Source of the DNA: Candidatus Hodarchaeota archaeon
Lineage (GTDB): Archaea; Asgardarchaeota; Lokiarchaeia; Sigyniarchaeales; SOKP01
Assembly (NCBI GenBank): GCA_048886685.1
Contig: JBHLKM010000004.1
Span: 82,486 to 146,485 of the forward strand
Length of the DNA: 64,000 nucleotides
Direction: 5' to 3'
The position numbers were made by a program, and so were the translations under genes. This document shows, piece after piece, positions 29,550 through 39,651 of this stretch (position 1 is the first letter of the stretch; each line of letters begins with the position of its first letter). Below the pieces are notes generated by a model. It searched no databases. It had not been told where the DNA came from and saw nothing but the letters and a program-made list of their open reading frames with translations.

Positions 29550-31700
29550 ATGGCTACTAACGATATCTCGTTTTTATTCAATCCTAAAAGTATTGCTGTT
29601 ATTGGAGCAAGTGATACTAAGGGTAAAGTAGGAAATACAGTTCTAAACAACATAATAAACTCAGGTTATAAAGGAAAAATTTTCCCTATAAATCCTAGAG
29701 CAGAGAAAATATATGAAATCTCTTGCTTCAAGAGCGTCTTGGATGTGAAAGATGATATTGATATAGCAATTTTTGTTATCCCAGGTAAATTTGTTAATAA
29801 AGCAGCAGAAGAGTGTGGGAAAAAAAAAGTAAAAGGTTTAATTGTTATCTCAGCAGGTTTTAAAGAAATTGGTGGAGAAGGCGTAGAGAGGGAAGAAGAA
29901 CTTATCAAAATTGGAAAAAAATATAACATGAGAATCTTAGGACCAAATTGTTTAGGGCTTATTGGGCTTAATTATAATGGTTCTTTTGCCGCTGAAACCC
30001 CTAAAAAAGGTGGAATTGCTATGATATCTCAATCAGGTGCTATGTTAACGGGAATGATGGATTATTCAATGACACAAGCATTCGGATTCTCTTGTAACAT
30101 TAGTCTTGGGAATAAAGCAGATTTAGGCGCAGTTGATTTCATTGAATATTTAGCTGAAGATGAAAATACAAGAGTTATTTTATGTTATTTAGAAAGTATT
30201 AAAGATGGGGATAGGTTCCTTGAAGTTTTACCAAAAGCTACAAGAAAAAAACCAATTGTTATTTTAAAATCAGGTGTAAGCGAAGCAGGTGCAAGAGCGG
30301 CATCCAGCCATACTGGAGCTTTGGCGGGTGCAGATATTTCCTACGATTTAGCATTTGATAAATGTGGTGTTATTAGAGCTAAAACTATAGAAGACTTATT
30401 TGATTATGGTGAAGTTTTCTTATATCAACCCATCCCAAAAGAAAATTCATTTGCAATTGTAACAAACGCAGGAGGTCCTGGTATTGTTGCCACTGATGCA
30501 TTTGAGCTAGAAGGTCTAAAATTTGCAGGATTTTCAGAACGGATTCTTCACGCATTAAGAGGGAATTTACCTTTAGAAGCATCAATATTTAATCCAATAG
30601 ACATTGTTGGAGATGCTACACCTGAGAGATATAAATTTACTTTAAATACAATTTTTGGTTTAAATGGTAAAGCAGAATCCAACAACATTACTACAGAAGG
30701 AGCACTCGTTATTGTAACTCCCCAAGCTCAGACTAATCCGTCTGAAGTCGCTCGAATTATTCATGACATCTCATCCAATCATTTAACTGGAAAACCAATA
30801 GTATGCTCCTTCATAGGAGGCAAAAATATTTCAGAGGGAAGAGAATATTTAAAACAAAACCATATCCCGTGTTATCACTTCCCAGATCGAGCAGCTCATT
30901 CGTTAAAAACACTTGTAAAACGAACTGAGTACTTAAGAAGTATTCCTTTAGATGAATTAGAAATTCCTACGTTTAAGGTAAAAAAAGGAAGAGTTAAAGA
31001 AATTTTTTCTAAGGTTAGAGAAAACGGGAGAACTGTTTTATTAAGTTATGAAACAAGCGAAGTTTTTGATTGCTATGGGATAAAATCTCCTAAATCTCGA
31101 TTAGCTCAAACTCCCAAACAAGCAATGAATTTACAGTCTGAAATTGGGAAATCTGTTATGAAGATTGTTAGCCCAAATATTATACATAAAACTGATGTGG
31201 GAGGAATTCTGTTAAATATTGAGACGGAACAAGACGCTTTTGAGGCTTATATACAAATCGTGAATAACGCGAAGAAATTTGGCCCACAAAATGCAAAAAT
31301 CTATGGTGTAGAAGTGCAAGAAATGATTAACTTTAAAACTGAGCCGAAAGTAAATGAAATTATCATAGGAATGTCTAAAGATCCTCAATTTGGACCACTT
31401 TTGATGTTTGGAACAGGAGGAATTTATGCTAATTTCATGCAAGATGTAGCATTTGCTTTATCTTATAAATTTACTAAAGAAAATGCAAAAAAATTGATAG
31501 AAAGCACAAAAATTTACAATCTGCTACACGGTGTTAGAGGAGAATCGCCATCTGATATTGAAGCTGTTATCAACGTTCTTTTAAGACTTTCTCAATTAGT
31601 TAATGATTTTCCAGAAATTGTAGAATTAGATATTAATCCTCTTTTAACTTTTGTTAAAGGATATACAGCAGTAGATATAAAAATAACAATTAAAAGATGA
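29550..31700 (+). CDS. acd: ADP-forming acyl-CoA synthetase, fused alpha/beta
   Basis: NPKSIAVIGAS, GPNCLG, SHTG phospho-His motif, HKTDVGG, ELDINPL. Confidence 0.92.
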   Translation: MATNDISFLFNPKSIAVIGASDTKGKVGNTVLNNIINSGYKGKIFPINPRAEKIYEISCFKSVLDVKDDIDIAIFVIPGKFVNKAAEECGKKKVKGLIVISAGFKEIGGEGVEREEELIKIGKKYNMRILGPNCLGLIGLNYNGSFAAETPKKGGIAMISQSGAMLTGMMDYSMTQAFGFSCNISLGNKADLGAVDFIEYLAEDENTRVILCYLESIKDGDRFLEVLPKATRKKPIVILKSGVSEAGARAASSHTGALAGADISYDLAFDKCGVIRAKTIEDLFDYGEVFLYQPIPKENSFAIVTNAGGPGIVATDAFELEGLKFAGFSERILHALRGNLPLEASIFNPIDIVGDATPERYKFTLNTIFGLNGKAESNNITTEGALVIVTPQAQTNPSEVARIIHDISSNHLTGKPIVCSFIGGKNISEGREYLKQNHIPCYHFPDRAAHSLKTLVKRTEYLRSIPLDELEIPTFKVKKGRVKEIFSKVRENGRTVLLSYETSEVFDCYGIKSPKSRLAQTPKQAMNLQSEIGKSVMKIVSPNIIHKTDVGGILLNIETEQDAFEAYIQIVNNAKKFGPQNAKIYGVEVQEMINFKTEPKVNEIIIGMSKDPQFGPLLMFGTGGIYANFMQDVAFALSYKFTKENAKKLIESTKIYNLLHGVRGESPSDIEAVINVLLRLSQLVNDFPEIVELDINPLLTFVKGYTAVDIKITIKR

Positions 31701-31753
31701 GATATATAAATTAAATATATTAAAATTCAAATAAATAAGAAAAGGAAAAAAAA

Positions 31754-32815
31754 ATGGTAAAAGCTTTTTATTTGTGTTCATTCAGAGAACGTGCAGGTAA
31801 AAGTTTTCTCTCAATTGGATTAATTCAGAAATTGAAAAAAGAAGGAAAGAAATTTGCTTATTTTAAACCAATAGGAATACCAAAGGCAGTATTTACTAAT
31901 AAAGCAGATCCAGATGTAGGTTTTATTTTAAATACCGTATATAAAACTGACCACCCCTATGATCACATTTCTCCAGTGTCGATTCCAGATGCATATTATG
32001 TTGATTTAATTGATGCAAGCAAAAAGGAAGAATATCTTCAAACAATTAAGAATGCATATGATAAAATCGTTAAAGATGTAGATTATATTGTAATTGAAGG
32101 AAATCCAAGTATCAGAAGGTTTATAAGAACAGGGATTGATGATGTGTCTATAGCACAAAATTTAGGAATAGATGAATTAATTTATGTTTCTATCGAATCC
32201 TCAGATAGTTGTATTGATAACTTCTTTTTTACAAAAAACTATTTCGAGTTCCGCAATATAAAGATTTTGGGAATTCTTTTTAATAAAATAGATTTCGAAT
32301 ATATAGCGAGAATAAAAGAACTTTCAGAGGATCATATCGCTAAATATAAAATTCCAGTTTTGGGGATTATAGAAAAAAGTGTTGAGCTATTCTCTCCTCG
32401 AGTAAACGAAATAAAGGAGCAAATAGGGGGAGAATTAATTAATGAACAAGCATCTATGGGTTTAAACAATCTTGTAGAGACATTTCTCATTGGTGCTATG
32501 AATGCTCAAAGTGCTTTGAAATACTTGAGACAAGTTAAAAGAGCAGCTTTTATTACAGGGGGTGATCGAACAGACTTAGCAATGACAGCATTAGATCAGG
32601 ATGTATCAACATTGATATTAACTGGTTTCATTCAACCTGATATGGGTGTAATTACTGCTGCAAATGAGAAAGGTATTCCAATTATATTAAGCCCATCTGA
32701 TACTTATACCACTATGAGAAATTTAGAGCGTTTACGACCGGGTATTCAAGAAGATGAAATGGATAAGGTTTTAGCCTTGATCGAAAAGGAAATTGATTGG
32801 AGTTTATTATTATAA
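31754..32815 (+). CDS. BioD-like/DRTGG protein (phosphotransacetylase N-terminal-like)
   Basis: AGKS..YFKPIG, IEG, ITGGDRTD. Confidence 0.88.
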   Translation: MVKAFYLCSFRERAGKSFLSIGLIQKLKKEGKKFAYFKPIGIPKAVFTNKADPDVGFILNTVYKTDHPYDHISPVSIPDAYYVDLIDASKKEEYLQTIKNAYDKIVKDVDYIVIEGNPSIRRFIRTGIDDVSIAQNLGIDELIYVSIESSDSCIDNFFFTKNYFEFRNIKILGILFNKIDFEYIARIKELSEDHIAKYKIPVLGIIEKSVELFSPRVNEIKEQIGGELINEQASMGLNNLVETFLIGAMNAQSALKYLRQVKRAAFITGGDRTDLAMTALDQDVSTLILTGFIQPDMGVITAANEKGIPIILSPSDTYTTMRNLERLRPGIQEDEMDKVLALIEKEIDWSLLL

Positions 32816-32823
32816 TTCAACCA

Positions 32824-33411
32824 TTATTTTTTCTTCTTAAAACTATGTTCATATAATTTGTCCGTTATGGGTTTCATAGCAGGACATTCATCCCAATTGC
32901 CCTCAAATTCACACTGTAAACATCTTTTCTTTATATGTTTTACTCTTATATATGCAATTGCCCCAGTAATGAAATGTATTTCAAATAAGATTGAAATCTT
33001 TATGAAAAGGAAAATCGGAAGAAAAAGTGTCGAAATTATTAATAAGCCTGCCCCTATACCGATTGAAGTTTTTGTAAGAATTTTTAGAAACTTGTATTTA
33101 GTTAACCCAAAAATGTTTAAGACGATAGGTATAAAAAATGCAAATGAGAGAAAAAACATAATAAAAAGATTAGTTAATGTTAGTTTAATGAATGTTATTA
33201 TGAATAGGATAGTTACTCCAACTGTGGGATAAAAAGTGAAACAGCCAATACATAATTTAATTCTTCCAAGGGTATATACATGGTTAGAGAATACATCGCA
33301 ATTTGGATGATGTGACAATAATATTGGTTTCATATCTGAGAAAAAAAGTTTTATACGAGAAAAATTCATCCTTGAATCATTACTCTTTTTGACATTAATA
33401 AAAGGTAGCAA
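32824..33411 (-). CDS. Cys/His-containing membrane protein
   Basis: SHHPNC..H..LCIGC, 4 TM, C-terminal CxxC..C. Confidence 0.7.
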   Translation of the reverse strand: MLPFINVKKSNDSRMNFSRIKLFFSDMKPILLSHHPNCDVFSNHVYTLGRIKLCIGCFTFYPTVGVTILFIITFIKLTLTNLFIMFFLSFAFFIPIVLNIFGLTKYKFLKILTKTSIGIGAGLLIISTLFLPIFLFIKISILFEIHFITGAIAYIRVKHIKKRCLQCEFEGNWDECPAMKPITDKLYEHSFKKKK

Positions 33412-33438
33412 AAAAAAAAGGGGAAATTATGTTAAAAT

Positions 33439-33648
33439 CTAATCTCTCACAATTAAGTAAATTATGCATCCACAACATCCTGTCAGGAGCACAATTAATA
33501 ACCAAACAGCCGCATTCATGTCTCTTTTCTTTGCGTCATTGTATACCCATACGGCTATTAAAATGCCGATGACATAAAATACCACTATTAAAATAGCAAA
33601 AAGTATCCAAAATCCTGCTAAGAAATCAAAAGGATCCTGAAAAAGCAT
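33439..33648 (-). CDS. Small membrane protein (PLDc_N-like)
   Basis: WVYNDAKKR..W..IYLIVR; GAGG upstream. Confidence 0.8.
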   Translation of the reverse strand: MLFQDPFDFLAGFWILFAILIVVFYVIGILIAVWVYNDAKKRDMNAAVWLLIVLLTGCCGCIIYLIVRD

Positions 33649-33911
33649 AATATTTTCCTCTTCATAATTCTATTGGTTTTTATTAAGGGTTTTTAATTAA
33701 AGATTATAATATAATGTTTATCTATTATATATTTAAATCTTTATGAAAATACCCAAATATATAGATTTTTTAAAAGTATGGATCTCAATATTATGGGAAA
33801 TTAAAAATTCTTTTTGTTTGGGTTGATCTCATCCCGAAAAAAATTCTTAAAGTTTCAAATATAACTATTAAATAACTTCTATATTAAATTATCTTCGAGA
33901 GTGAATGAACG

Positions 33912-35099
33912 ATGGTCATTTCACAAAGAATTAAGGAAATCTCCTACGCAATACGAGAAATAGCTGCGATTGCCAATAAAGTTGCTAAAAGCGGGAAAAA
34001 AATATATCACTTGAATATTGGAGACCCAGTAATATATGATTTTAATACTCCTCAATATATCTCCCAAGCATTAGCAGATGCTTCTTTTGCAGGTAAAAAT
34101 TATTATGTTGATTCATTAGGAGCTCCAGAACTTAGAGAGGAACTCAGTAAGTCTTTAACTCAGAATTATAATCTTAAAATTAGCCCAAATGATATTTTAG
34201 TTACTACAGGGGTAACTGAAGCAATTTTTTTTCTCATAGCTGCAATGATAGAGAATAAGAAACAGATATTAATTCCTGGTCCAAGTTATCCATTATACAT
34301 AAATTATGCTAAATTTTTTGATGGAATACCTGTAGAATATGCATTAGATGAACTTAATGATTGGGAACCAGATATAGATGATCTAAGGAAAAAAATTACT
34401 AAAAATACTCAAGCAATCTTAATTTGTTCTCCCAATAATCCGACTGGTGTAATGTTTAGTGAAAAAATGATAAAACAAATAATAAACATTGCAGGAGAGT
34501 ATGATATACCTGTTTTATCAGACGAAATTTATGATCAAATTATATATGAAAAACCATTTACATGTCCTGCGAGCCTTAGTAAGGATGTTCCAGTAATCGG
34601 ATTGAATGGTTTTTCAAAATCCCATCTTGCTACAGGATGGCGCTTAGGGTATATGTATTATCATGATCCTGAAAATAAATTAGAAGAATTAAAAGAAGGT
34701 ATTGCAAAAATGGCCAGAGCAAGATTATCTGCAAGTTCAACAGCTCAATATGCTGCTATTGAAATTCTAAGGAATCCGGGAACACACACGAAAGAAATGG
34801 TAACAAAACTAAAAGAGAGAAGAGACTATTCATATGAAAGATTGAGAAAAATCGAAGGGATTACATGTGTTAAAGCGAATGGTGCATTTTACTTATTTCC
34901 AAAATTTGATTTTACTGAATTAGGAAAATGGAAGGATGATAAGGAGTTTGTCATAGACTTACTTGAAACGACAGGAATTTGTACCGTTTATGGTTCTGGA
35001 TTCGGCGAATACGGAAAAGGCCATGTTAGGTTCACATTCTTACCTAATTTGGAAATTTTAGAAACTGTGTATAATAAACTCGAAAATTTTATCAAATAA
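33912..35099 (+). CDS. Class I/II PLP aminotransferase (alanine aminotransferase-like)
   Basis: LNIGDP, PNNPTG, DEIYD, SKSHLATGWRLG. Confidence 0.92.
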   Translation: MVISQRIKEISYAIREIAAIANKVAKSGKKIYHLNIGDPVIYDFNTPQYISQALADASFAGKNYYVDSLGAPELREELSKSLTQNYNLKISPNDILVTTGVTEAIFFLIAAMIENKKQILIPGPSYPLYINYAKFFDGIPVEYALDELNDWEPDIDDLRKKITKNTQAILICSPNNPTGVMFSEKMIKQIINIAGEYDIPVLSDEIYDQIIYEKPFTCPASLSKDVPVIGLNGFSKSHLATGWRLGYMYYHDPENKLEELKEGIAKMARARLSASSTAQYAAIEILRNPGTHTKEMVTKLKERRDYSYERLRKIEGITCVKANGAFYLFPKFDFTELGKWKDDKEFVIDLLETTGICTVYGSGFGEYGKGHVRFTFLPNLEILETVYNKLENFIK

Positions 35100-35117
35100 T
35101 CATAAATTTTTACTACA

Positions 35118-35405
35118 TTGCCTCGCAAAGATAAAGTTCAGCAAGAAAGAGCCTTTATTTTGATTTAATATGTGGTATAATTAACTCAACATTTGCATTA
35201 TTTTGCATTATTTTTGTCTCTATAGTATATCGAATTAAATTACAGAGCGGGTTTTTATATTGGACTTACATTTTGTATTTGCTATTTAGGAGTTTCAATG
35301 TTTCTAATTCTTTATGGTATTTATATTAGGCAAAAAGAAAGGATTTACGGTATTATTAGTAAAAAAAAGAAAAAAAGAGAGCTAAAACCACCTATAGTCT
35401 CTTGA
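35118..35405 (+). pseudogene. Possible decayed small membrane-protein gene
   Basis: Protein-like segments in shifting frames (MPRKDKVQQERAFIL / ICGIINSTFALFCIIFVS / YRAGFYIGLTFCICYLGVSMFLILYGIYIRQKERIYG..). Confidence 0.35.
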
Positions 35406-35666
35406 TGACTAAATAAAAATAAAGAAAAGCTTTATATACACTTTTGTCTTATTATTTCTGTATAGTTGTAATTCATCATTTCCTTTACAAATGGGGTGAT
35501 ATATAGAGAAACACGTATATTCACTGTACTATAAAGGAGAATGATTACATTTGCCTTATCAGAAGTACACGTGATACACGAGACAGGAAAACAACCGTTA
35601 TTCCAAAAAAAGACTTTTTCTATATACACCCCGCCTTAAAGATCATACCCCATGTTATTAATATTT

Positions 35667-36293
35667 TTACTTAAGAATCTTTCCAGTTTCCATATACCAC
35701 ATATAAAGATCAAGTTCGGCAAGATTAAGGTTTAATTTTACTGCGATTTGTTCTAATAATTCCTCTATTTCAAGGTATTTTGTTTTTGTTAAGGTTTTTG
35801 GTTTTTCAATTAATCTAAATTTTGTTAAGAGATCTAAAATATGAAAATCTATTATCGCATATTCAGTAAATCCTATATTCCTTAAAAAATGGCTAGCTTC
35901 TTTATAACCTAATCCTTTAATATTTGATACAATCCATTCTCTTAATTCAGGGAGGCCCTTATAAGTTTTAATTTTGATCTTTAATTCCTTTTGAAATTCT
36001 CTTGCTCTTACAATGTATTTTGCTCTAATATTGGGAAATCTATAACCATATAGTTTTAAATTTTGAGCTAACTCCTCTTCAGGTAAATTATTGAATCCAT
36101 CACCTATTAACTTTTGAACTTCAATACATTTATCTGCGCTGCAATTTGCTGTCATAATACAAAAACATAATTCTTCGAATATTTTATTATGAGAACTGTT
36201 CCGAATTTCTTTAAATCTGTTAATTCTGCTTTCTATTAATTTGTTAACTTCACTCTTCTTAAGAAGGTTTATAGCATTAAAAAAATCTTGCAT
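35667..36293 (-). CDS. ogg: 8-oxoguanine N-glycosylase/DNA lyase
   Basis: ELCFCIMTAN, YRFPN-RA, KGLGYKEASHFLRN, IIDFHI, LDLYMWY..TGKILK. Confidence 0.93.
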   Translation of the reverse strand: MQDFFNAINLLKKSEVNKLIESRINRFKEIRNSSHNKIFEELCFCIMTANCSADKCIEVQKLIGDGFNNLPEEELAQNLKLYGYRFPNIRAKYIVRAREFQKELKIKIKTYKGLPELREWIVSNIKGLGYKEASHFLRNIGFTEYAIIDFHILDLLTKFRLIEKPKTLTKTKYLEIEELLEQIAVKLNLNLAELDLYMWYMETGKILK

Positions 36294-36458
36294 TTTTTAT
36301 TAAGAATTAAGCATAATTTTTATTTTAAATTCTTTAATTAAATAAGTCTAAATTGCTTTTTCCAAACCACTTCCAGATCCTGTTCCTGAGTTAGAAAGTG
36401 AGTTAAACAGGCTTAAGGGTAATAATTCCGAATAATATGATAGAGAGGTATCTTATCT

Positions 36459-36671
36459 ATGACCAAAATTAGTGCATTTGAAAGAGTATGCATCTTAACG
36501 GTTGACGATCTTGAAAAGAAGATCCTAAAGGTTTTAGGAATTTTGCGAGATATAGAAGAGAAAGAGTTATTTTCTTATGTAGAAAAGGAGATCAAGCAGC
36601 TCTTCACTTATTATAAGGAGCGAGTTATCTTTATCAAGTTTAAACCGGAAATAATACAAGAGGTATTATGA
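36459..36671 (+). CDS. Hypothetical 70-aa protein in an operon-like fragment
   Basis: GAGAGGT SD at 36443-49; ATGA overlap with a short downstream ORF. Confidence 0.6.
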   Translation: MTKISAFERVCILTVDDLEKKILKVLGILRDIEEKELFSYVEKEIKQLFTYYKERVIFIKFKPEIIQEVL

Positions 36672-36832
36672 CCAGAATCGATCCTAAAGTTAAAGTGTAG
36701 AGGATCTAAGTTCTTAAAAGGAAACTTATATTCAATAAAATAAAAAAAATTTTAATAGACTAGTGGCTATAGGAAATATAGAAATTTAATAGCTGAAACT
36801 TTTTGGGTAATTTAACCTAACCATAATTGCTT

Positions 36833-37072
36833 TTATTTGTTTTTTTCTCCCCTTTCTTCCTTATATTGCCTTAATATATCAATTATTCCTTTTATAAGCC
36901 AATAAAATATTGGAACAGAAAGCAAATAAGAAAAATTTGGCATTGGTGGTATTAGATAATAAAAGAATATATTTAAGATAAAACCATATATCCAAAGGCA
37001 TATAAAAAATATATGTACTAATAATTGATATATTTTTTTCTTTTTAGTTAAATCAAATATTATATCGTTCAT
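36833..37072 (-). CDS. Small two-TM membrane protein
   Basis: AAGGA upstream of ATG; two hydrophobic helices. Confidence 0.6.
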   Translation of the reverse strand: MNDIIFDLTKKKKIYQLLVHIFFICLWIYGFILNIFFYYLIPPMPNFSYLLSVPIFYWLIKGIIDILRQYKEERGEKNK

Positions 37073-37163
37073 TCTTTCCTTTAATAATTAAATTAATTTA
37101 ATGTTTAACAAATTTGTAAATAGATTTGCGTATGATTCTATTTCTTTCATATTTTTTAAATTT

Positions 37164-37277
37164 AATTAAGTAGGCTTTGTGACGTTGTTTATTTAAGTTT
37201 AAGAAATTTAATTTAAATATAATTAAGTACGTTTTATGACTTACTTTACTTAAGTTTAGGTTTTTTAATTTAAGTAT
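37164..37277. repeat. Two degenerate 57-bp tandem units 3' of TPR-longin gene 1
   Basis: AATTAAGTAGGCTTTGTGAC.. at 37164 and AATTAAGTACGTTTTATGAC.. at 37221; the unit start recurs at 37278. Confidence 0.7.
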
Positions 37278-37304
37278 AATTAAATTATCAATAAAAACTC
37301 GTAT

Positions 37305-39257
37305 TTATGCAATTAGAGGAACACTTTTTTCAATAAAGATTTTAGTTATCAACGGTTCCAGAGAAGGGATATCTTCTAACTGTACCATTCTGCATGTTTG
37401 ATTATATTCATTAAAAGTCTTCCATATGGTTGTATCCTCTTTAATATTATCAATAAATTTTATTACTCTTTGCTGCGCACGATATGATTGTCCCTTGAAT
37501 AAATAACATACTAAGAAGGGATGAAGGGAATTCATAATAATAGTATACTCCCCAAAATTAGCCCTATTGAGTCCCTCAGAGAACATCTCATCACTAAAGG
37601 AATTTATAGCTGTCAAAAAACCTCCAAAAAGATGATCTTCGAAAGCCCATTCTTCCGCAAAGGATTCAGAGAATACAGGCCTTCCCCCCTCTGAAATAAT
37701 CAAAAGTACGATAGGGTCTTCGTCAGTAATCTCAGGAACAGCTATTTCTCGTTTTCGGATCATTTTCTCCATCTGTTCATTTAGTTGTGCTAACTTCAAG
37801 CGTTCAGATAAGGGTGCTTTTGATTCTTTTAATTTGTCCCACACATCTAATTGCTTAATTAATTCATCGTGCTCATTCGAAATTTTCATGGCTATTAAAT
37901 TAAGACCGTATTTTTCGGCAATTTCCTGAGCTCGTGTCAAAAAGCGTCGAGCTTCGTTCGTATCAAAAGTTATTAATGCTACTTTGGCTTGTAATAGGTA
38001 GGTTTCAGCGAGAATCCGAAACGAGTTTATTTTCTCAGAAGATTCTAATATACGATTTAGATTAGTTTTAATCTCTTTTAGCACTTCAGCATCGTTAGTT
38101 ATGCGTAGTTCAACCAATAATAAATCACAAAGCTCTAATAATGCGTCAACTTTTAAATAAAATCCTTCTTCTTCAATAATTTCTTTATATATTTCTTCTG
38201 CTTTGACCCGATTTTTAGCTCGTGTGCTTGTTTTCAGTAGGTTAGCGTTCGTAAAGCGAAAGTGTAAATTAATCCATTTACTATCCTCTTGTTCGTTGAG
38301 CTGCTTTAAGCGGTTAAAGTATTTTTGGGCTAATACAAGATCGCCCATATCGACTGCTAACTCAATCAAACCACAGAGAGTTATAGCTGTAGTCATATTA
38401 ACCCCGAGTTCCTCTCTTAATGTTAGACCTCGTTCTAGATGCTCTAAAGCTTGACCAAAATTACCCTTTGCTTTATAGATATCCCCAATTTGGGTAAGTG
38501 AAGCTGCGATCCACTGTTTATTATTAATTTTTTCGAATAATTGTAAACATTGCTCTCCATACATGAGACCTCGATCTAATTCACCTTTATCTTTATGAAA
38601 AATCATTAACCATGCCAAGACCCAAGCAATATTATACTTGCTATTACTTTCCTCCGCAAATAATAAGCTTCGCTTTAGATATTCAATAGCATGATTCAAT
38701 TCACCTTTTTTCATACCAAGAATACCAGCGATGATATAAAGGGATTCAGTAATTATAACTTTATTGCCTAATTTCTCTCCCAGTACTAAGCTCTGTTCTA
38801 AAAACTTTAGTTGATCATCCGTTTTATAAGAAGATGATAGATTTTTCATACCTTTAACTAAATAAATCTGAGCTTCTCGTTGCATGTAATCTTCTGGTAA
38901 TTCTTGGGTAAATTTTTTTAATAATTCTTCGGCTTGGTTAACGTCATTAATAGCTTCCTCTTCTCTATCAAGAAATTTTAAAACCTTCGCGCTGAGTAAT
39001 AAGGCGTCAACTGATTGGAGATTTCTTCCCAACTCTAAACTCTCTTTATATGTTTGATCTGCTATTTTAAGCATTTCCTCAAATTTCCATTGCCAAAATA
39101 AAAGGTTGCACTTGAGGAGCTGACATGATACTTTATCCTGAAGTGTGAGGTTCTTCATTTGCTCGAGATTGTCTATAAGTTGGAGGGCTTCATCATACTT
39201 GCCTTCATTAATGAGTTTTTTTGCCTGAGTTAGCTCCTTTAATTCTGAGTGGGACAT
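37305..39257 (-). CDS. Tetratricopeptide repeat protein with C-terminal longin-like domain
   Basis: About 40-aa TPR units (GELDRG.., GNFGQAL..); C-terminal LLIISEGGRPVFS..LFGGFLTAINSF; start 39257 or 39269. Confidence 0.85.
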   Translation of the reverse strand: MSHSELKELTQAKKLINEGKYDEALQLIDNLEQMKNLTLQDKVSCQLLKCNLLFWQWKFEEMLKIADQTYKESLELGRNLQSVDALLLSAKVLKFLDREEEAINDVNQAEELLKKFTQELPEDYMQREAQIYLVKGMKNLSSSYKTDDQLKFLEQSLVLGEKLGNKVIITESLYIIAGILGMKKGELNHAIEYLKRSLLFAEESNSKYNIAWVLAWLMIFHKDKGELDRGLMYGEQCLQLFEKINNKQWIAASLTQIGDIYKAKGNFGQALEHLERGLTLREELGVNMTTAITLCGLIELAVDMGDLVLAQKYFNRLKQLNEQEDSKWINLHFRFTNANLLKTSTRAKNRVKAEEIYKEIIEEEGFYLKVDALLELCDLLLVELRITNDAEVLKEIKTNLNRILESSEKINSFRILAETYLLQAKVALITFDTNEARRFLTRAQEIAEKYGLNLIAMKISNEHDELIKQLDVWDKLKESKAPLSERLKLAQLNEQMEKMIRKREIAVPEITDEDPIVLLIISEGGRPVFSESFAEEWAFEDHLFGGFLTAINSFSDEMFSEGLNRANFGEYTIIMNSLHPFLVCYLFKGQSYRAQQRVIKFIDNIKEDTTIWKTFNEYNQTCRMVQLEDIPSLEPLITKIFIEKSVPLIA

Positions 39258-39373
39258 ACAATCATCCATATTTTAGAGATTTGAAAAGTTTGGATTATAA
39301 TTTTTCAGATACAAGTTATATATTAAGATAATGACAATTTTAAATATAATTATGTGGGTAAAAACACACCTTC

Positions 39374-39411
39374 TACTTAAATATTGGATACTATCACCTT
39401 TTATTTAAGTA
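39374..39411. promoter_or_regulatory. 10-bp inverted repeat upstream of TPR gene 1
   Basis: TACTTAAATA-N18-TATTTAAGTA. Confidence 0.3.
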
Positions 39412-39477
39412 TTCATTTAAAAAAGTAACTAAAGTACGCTAAGAAATCAGCAAAGCTATTTTGTATATTGTATATAA

Positions 39478-39651
39478 AAAAGAAGAAAACAGAGAGAGGA
39501 TAGAGAGGATAAGAAAGGATTCAAAATAATCAAAATTGGGAATTCTCAGGGAGTAATTATAGATAGCAGAACATTAGAATATCTTGGTTTAGATGAGGGG
39601 GATTGGGTTGAGCTTATTATAAGAAAAGCTGAAGAGGAAAAAGAAGACTAA
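39478..39651 (+). pseudogene. AbrB/MazE/SpoVT-type DNA-binding protein frame with no canonical start
   Basis: ..KGFKIIKIGNSQGVIIDSRTLEYLGLDEGDWVELIIRK..; in-frame TAA at 39475 and no ATG/GTG/TTG before the domain. Confidence 0.7.

Noticed and set aside
35432-35629. 65-aa minus-strand ORF
   Set aside because: No recognisable motif or convincing start; lies in a decayed region
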